Positions 60,710 to 64,000 of a DNA stretch of 64,000 nt are shown here, piece by piece. The position numbers were made by a program, and so were the translations under genes. A model generated the notes under the pieces. The model saw only the letters and a program-made list of their open reading frames with translations, was not told the DNA's origin and made no database searches. The stretch's first letter is position 1; every line of letters starts with the position of its first letter. This stretch comes from Alphaproteobacteria bacterium (GTDB taxonomy: Bacteria; Pseudomonadota; Alphaproteobacteria; Rs-D84), in the NCBI GenBank assembly GCA_017615655.1, contig JAFZZS010000007.1:59463-123462 (forward strand), in the 5' to 3' direction.

Positions 60710-62110
60710 ATGCCAAGTGTCAAGGTTCCTGAAGTTGATATTTTGACGGCTGATCACGATAGACATAATCTTGCATACATAGATAAAGTAGCCGCATCGG
60801 GTCGTATAAATGATGAAGCAGCAACTTATCTAAGGCGGTTGTATGCTGATGGCATGTCTTGTTATCGTGAGGTTTTTCATATTCTTGGCAAATGCTTTGG
60901 AGCCCCAAAAACAGCGGTTACTGAATATGATTCTGAAACAGATTTACCTGTAAATAAACCGATAAAAATTATTGATATTAACCCGCTGTCATCATATTTG
61001 GTAAACCATCGTTTGGATGCCGACCCAATGCGTAACCAATTCTTTACTTCGGGTGCCGCACACAAAATAGATTTATCGGTATCTTCTATTGTCACGGTCA
61101 TTGTTGGATCACAAAAAAATGTAGAACGTGCATTGGACAAGGTAACTGGAAAATATTATCGGTTTTTTACCGAAGATGTTATTTTGGCAGTTACGCGTGC
61201 AATGTCCGATATATATGATGAAAAATATATTGAAAAAATTATAAAAAAAATTCAGACGCGTTTCAGTGAGAAATACGTTACAGATGCGGCCGAAGAAGTT
61301 ATTTCTGTTTTGGGTCCAAGTGATGATAAACTGGTCGTTAAAATTGTTCGTGAATTAGACAAAGTAAAAAAGCCCCATCTTTATCTTAATGATGTATGGC
61401 GCGTAAAATGTCTGTTTGATTTGATTCCCCAGGCGCGCACGTTTATTGAACGTTTGCGTGATATTATGCCAGAACGTATAATTTCTGTGCGAGATAAATT
61501 TTATGATATTGGAAATCCGCGTAATTATCGTGATTCTAAGATAATTGTGAATATCGGTACACCAGATAGTGTAATACCAATGGAAATTATATGCCAGGTT
61601 CGAACATTCTTTGAATTTGAACGTAAAACACACGATTATTATGCGATGTTGCGGGAACGTCCAGATGCCAAAAATTTAAAGATAGAGCAAGATGCTGCCG
61701 AATTGATGGAAAATGGAATAATACAATATAATATGGTCATTTGTCGTTGTCTTGATGACTTATTTGATAGAATGGGTTGGAACATTTTATACAGTCGTGG
61801 TGGCGATGTATCTTTATTCGAAGGGTTTCCACGTGAATGCAAATTATACTATCCGCAACCTATGCTAGAAAAAATCTTTACTAAACTTGATGCCGCGGTA
61901 AAAAATGAGATATTTCACATAACGCATTCATCGTCAAAACTTGATATGACCCAGGAAATTGCGATATTTAGGTTTATGGCTCGGTTTATTCTTTGTGCGG
62001 CGATGCCGCGCGCGCGTGCTGGTAAAAATATTCCAGGTGATAGATTATCAGTACGATTGTTTAACTTTATTATGAATGAAGTATATCGGTATTATAATAC
62101 CAGTAAATGA
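60710..62110 (+). CDS. protein with RelA/SpoT-like nucleotidyltransferase (alarmone-synthetase-like) domain
   Basis: C-terminal half: VWRVKCLF...KFYDIGNPRNYRDSKIIVNIG...PMEIICQVRTFFEFERKTHDYYA. Compare the RSH synthetase order R-K ... DhhGhR ... GYxSLH ... hEhQIRT..M..WAE..H..YK. 466 aa; 14 nt downstream of lysS. Confidence 0.4.
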   Translation: MPSVKVPEVDILTADHDRHNLAYIDKVAASGRINDEAATYLRRLYADGMSCYREVFHILGKCFGAPKTAVTEYDSETDLPVNKPIKIIDINPLSSYLVNHRLDADPMRNQFFTSGAAHKIDLSVSSIVTVIVGSQKNVERALDKVTGKYYRFFTEDVILAVTRAMSDIYDEKYIEKIIKKIQTRFSEKYVTDAAEEVISVLGPSDDKLVVKIVRELDKVKKPHLYLNDVWRVKCLFDLIPQARTFIERLRDIMPERIISVRDKFYDIGNPRNYRDSKIIVNIGTPDSVIPMEIICQVRTFFEFERKTHDYYAMLRERPDAKNLKIEQDAAELMENGIIQYNMVICRCLDDLFDRMGWNILYSRGGDVSLFEGFPRECKLYYPQPMLEKIFTKLDAAVKNEIFHITHSSSKLDMTQEIAIFRFMARFILCAAMPRARAGKNIPGDRLSVRLFNFIMNEVYRYYNTSK

Positions 62111-62245
62111 TGGACATTGTTTGAACACAGGAATAAAAATCCGATTTTTGTTATTTTCTTGATTTTACATTTTTGTTATGACACAATCAAAATAGATTTA
62201 GTCAAACATGGCTGAATCATAAACAAGGTAGCAAAGGAAAAAAAA

Positions 62246-62590
62246 ATGCGCCAAGGTAAAGTAAAATGGTACAATGGTAAAAAGTGTTTCGGATTTATTG
62301 CGCCCGATACACCAAATGCAGACGGCAATACTGATGATGTATTTGTTCATTCAAGTTCGTTAAAAGAGGCCGGTTTACGTTTCCTGAACGAAGGTGATAT
62401 TGTCGAATTCGAAGAAGAAGTTCGTAATGGAAAATTATCTGTAACAACAATCAAATTAATACAACGCGATGAAGAATCTGCAAAAAGATTTCAGGAACGT
62501 CGCGCGGAGCGCAGACGCGCACGCGAAGAACGCAAAGAACGTGAAGAGCATAAAGAAAAACGCTCGGGTTTCGCGTTCTGGAAAAAATAA
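62246..62590 (+). CDS. cold-shock domain protein with basic C-terminal tail
   Basis: GKVKWYNGKKCFGFIAPD RNP-1 motif; VFVHSS RNP-2; Arg/Glu/Lys-rich tail. Confidence 0.9.
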   Translation: MRQGKVKWYNGKKCFGFIAPDTPNADGNTDDVFVHSSSLKEAGLRFLNEGDIVEFEEEVRNGKLSVTTIKLIQRDEESAKRFQERRAERRRAREERKEREEHKEKRSGFAFWKK

Positions 62591-62593
62591 ATT

Positions 62594-62621
62594 AATCCCG
62601 CAATTGCGGGATTTCTTTTTA
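62594..62621 (+). terminator. rho-independent terminator
   Basis: atcccgcaattgcgggat plus a T-run. Confidence 0.8.
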
Positions 62622-62694
62622 TGATAAAAGAATATGATTTGATTTTAATCTAATTTGGTATAGAATAATAACGGTTAACAAAAGGGGGTACTAG

Positions 62695-63237
62695 ATGTGG
62701 ACAGTAATTGGTATAGTTGCGGCATTGATATTGTATTTTGTGGCGGTTTATAACGGTCTTGTGTCGCGTAGAAATCAGGCACGCGAGGCATGGGCAACAA
62801 TCGATACTCAGTTAAAACGTCGGTATGATTTAATTCCAAATTTGATAGAAACAGTACGAGGTGCGGCTGCTCATGAAAAAGATACTTTGTCGGCGGTTAT
62901 TGCGGCGCGTAATGTCGCAATGGCTGCAAATGGTGCAGTTGATAAATCCATTGCAGAAAAGGGATTAACTGGCGCGCTTAATAAGTTATTCGCACTGGGC
63001 GAAGCCTATCCAACATTGCGTGCAAATGAGAATTTTTTAGAATTGCAACGCGAGTTGACAGATACAGAAACCAAAATTCAATCTGCACGTCAATTCTATA
63101 ACACGGTTGTGATGGCACTGAATACGCAGATAGAACAATTCCCCAGTAATATTGTCGCGCGTATGTTTGGTTTCGCACCGGAACATTTATTTGAAATTGA
63201 CGATAGTGAACGCGTTGCGCCACGTGTAAAATTTTAA
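62695..63237 (+). CDS. lemA: LemA family protein
   Basis: N-terminal TM plus VYNGLVSRRNQAREAWATIDTQLKRRYDLIPNL signature. Confidence 0.85.
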   Translation: MWTVIGIVAALILYFVAVYNGLVSRRNQAREAWATIDTQLKRRYDLIPNLIETVRGAAAHEKDTLSAVIAARNVAMAANGAVDKSIAEKGLTGALNKLFALGEAYPTLRANENFLELQRELTDTETKIQSARQFYNTVVMALNTQIEQFPSNIVARMFGFAPEHLFEIDDSERVAPRVKF

Positions 63238-63251
63238 TAAATTGGTGATAT

Positions 63252-63285
63252 AAAAAACGCCGCCCAAACGGGCGGTGTTTTTTAT
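63252..63285. terminator. bidirectional rho-independent terminator
   Basis: aaaaacgccgccc-aaac-gggcggtgtttttt. Confidence 0.8.
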
Positions 63286-63294
63286 AAATCAAAT

Positions 63295-63714
63295 TTACAT
63301 CTCTTCTGATTTAGGCATATGATGATGTCTTTCATGCATTTCACGTTTCATCGCTTCTTTGGTTGTACTAAATTCTTCTAAACTTACACAACCATCTGCA
63401 TTTACATCGGCACTTTGTAATGCTTCAACCATTTTTGGACAATGGATTGATTGCATATCTAAACAGCCATTTTCGAAAACAGGGTGTATTTCTGGCATAG
63501 CGCGCATATGATGACGTTTATGACAGCATGTTACTTTTGCAACTGCGAACCCAAGTAAAAATACGATTACAATTACAACAAATTTTTTGAATTTACCATG
63601 ACGGCAACCGCACTGGCATGCGGCACCACATTGGCATTCATGCGCTTCCGGTGCAATTGTGGGTGCATATTTTTTGGTAACTTTTTTTGTGTTTTTGATT
63701 GGTTTTCTTGGCAT
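63295..63714 (-). CDS. small Cys/His-rich protein with EF-hand calcium-binding loop
   Basis: DVNADGCVSLEEF canonical 12-residue EF-hand loop; TM segment; Cys-rich N-terminus (CQCGAACQCGC). Confidence 0.5.
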   Translation of the reverse strand: MPRKPIKNTKKVTKKYAPTIAPEAHECQCGAACQCGCRHGKFKKFVVIVIVFLLGFAVAKVTCCHKRHHMRAMPEIHPVFENGCLDMQSIHCPKMVEALQSADVNADGCVSLEEFSTTKEAMKREMHERHHHMPKSEEM

Positions 63715-63837
63715 TTTCCTTCCTTTTTGTTTTGCGAGTTAATTGTATAAAAAGAATTTTTTAATGTAAAGAATTATTTTCAGAAAAAATCCCCCGCCAT
63801 GCATAACGGGGGGATATATTTAATTAATGGTACTATT

Positions 63838-64000
63838 ATTTTTGCACAAAGTGCACACTGTATTGCGGTTTTTTATCCGCCCCCAGTGACGCGCGCACAA
63901 CTTTGTTTGCAGCGGTCTGTACAGTGTGTACAATATTATCTTGTACTTTACGTTCCGCCTTAGACATTGCATCTATAGCTTTGGTAATTTCTATCTGAAT
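63838..64000 (-). CDS. hypothetical protein, C-terminal part only (gene runs off window end)
   Basis: Own translation of the reverse strand: ...IQIEITKAIDAMSKAERKVQDNIVHTVQTAANKVVRASLGADKKPQYSVHFVQK*; preceded by a terminator hairpin at 63790..63818. Confidence 0.3.

Overview
AT-rich (~38% GC) bacterial chromosomal segment. Gene content points to a reduced-genome alphaproteobacterium-like organism, possibly a Rickettsiales- or Holosporales-type intracellular bacterium. Evidence: LpxI, PriA, the BamA-RseP-CdsA-UppS-Frr block, RlpA with SPOR domain, a VirB11 homologue, and Omp25/Msp-like beta-barrels ending in Phe.

Most of the window is housekeeping genes, listed under features. Besides those, tRNA-Ala(GGC), tRNA-Arg(ACG), tRNA-Gly(GCC) and many clean bidirectional rho-independent terminators are called. 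No CRISPR array, IS element or rRNA was seen.

The outstanding feature is a compact ~12 kb cluster at 11.7-23.95 kb encoding a T7-like (podovirus-type) virion module. It contains a scaffold-like protein, a major capsid protein with a T7-Tphi-like terminator just downstream, gp11- and gp12-like tail tube proteins, a possible small terminase subunit, the large terminase and a gp8-like portal. It has no DNA polymerase, RNA polymerase, internal core proteins, tail fibres or integrase.

The large terminase gene is split into an N-terminal ATPase ORF and a C-terminal nuclease ORF. Between them sits a 3.3 kb opposite-strand insert carrying a full-length DnaB helicase, a double-HTH CI-like repressor with a palindromic operator, and a hypothetical protein. 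The dnaB start overlaps the 5' end of the C-terminal terminase fragment.

A histone-H1-like AKKP-repeat basic protein is embedded between scaffold and capsid. The cluster is preceded by a consensus sigma70 promoter feeding two tandem terminator hairpins, a candidate sRNA or attenuator.

Other points worth a second look:
- An orphan VirB11-type ATPase with atypical motifs.
- A four-gene envelope operon: a 48-aa lipoprotein, a VirB8-like bitopic protein, a membrane protein and a secreted acidic protein.
- A 1456-aa membrane-anchored protein with three near-identical 102-nt tandem repeats and an unknown C-terminal domain.
- A 466-aa protein with a RelA/SpoT-like nucleotidyltransferase signature directly downstream of lysS.
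- A 473-aa orphan protein next to tRNA-Gly.
- A 340-nt intergenic region with two long purine-loop hairpins and a 17-codon mini-ORF behind a perfect Shine-Dalgarno sequence.
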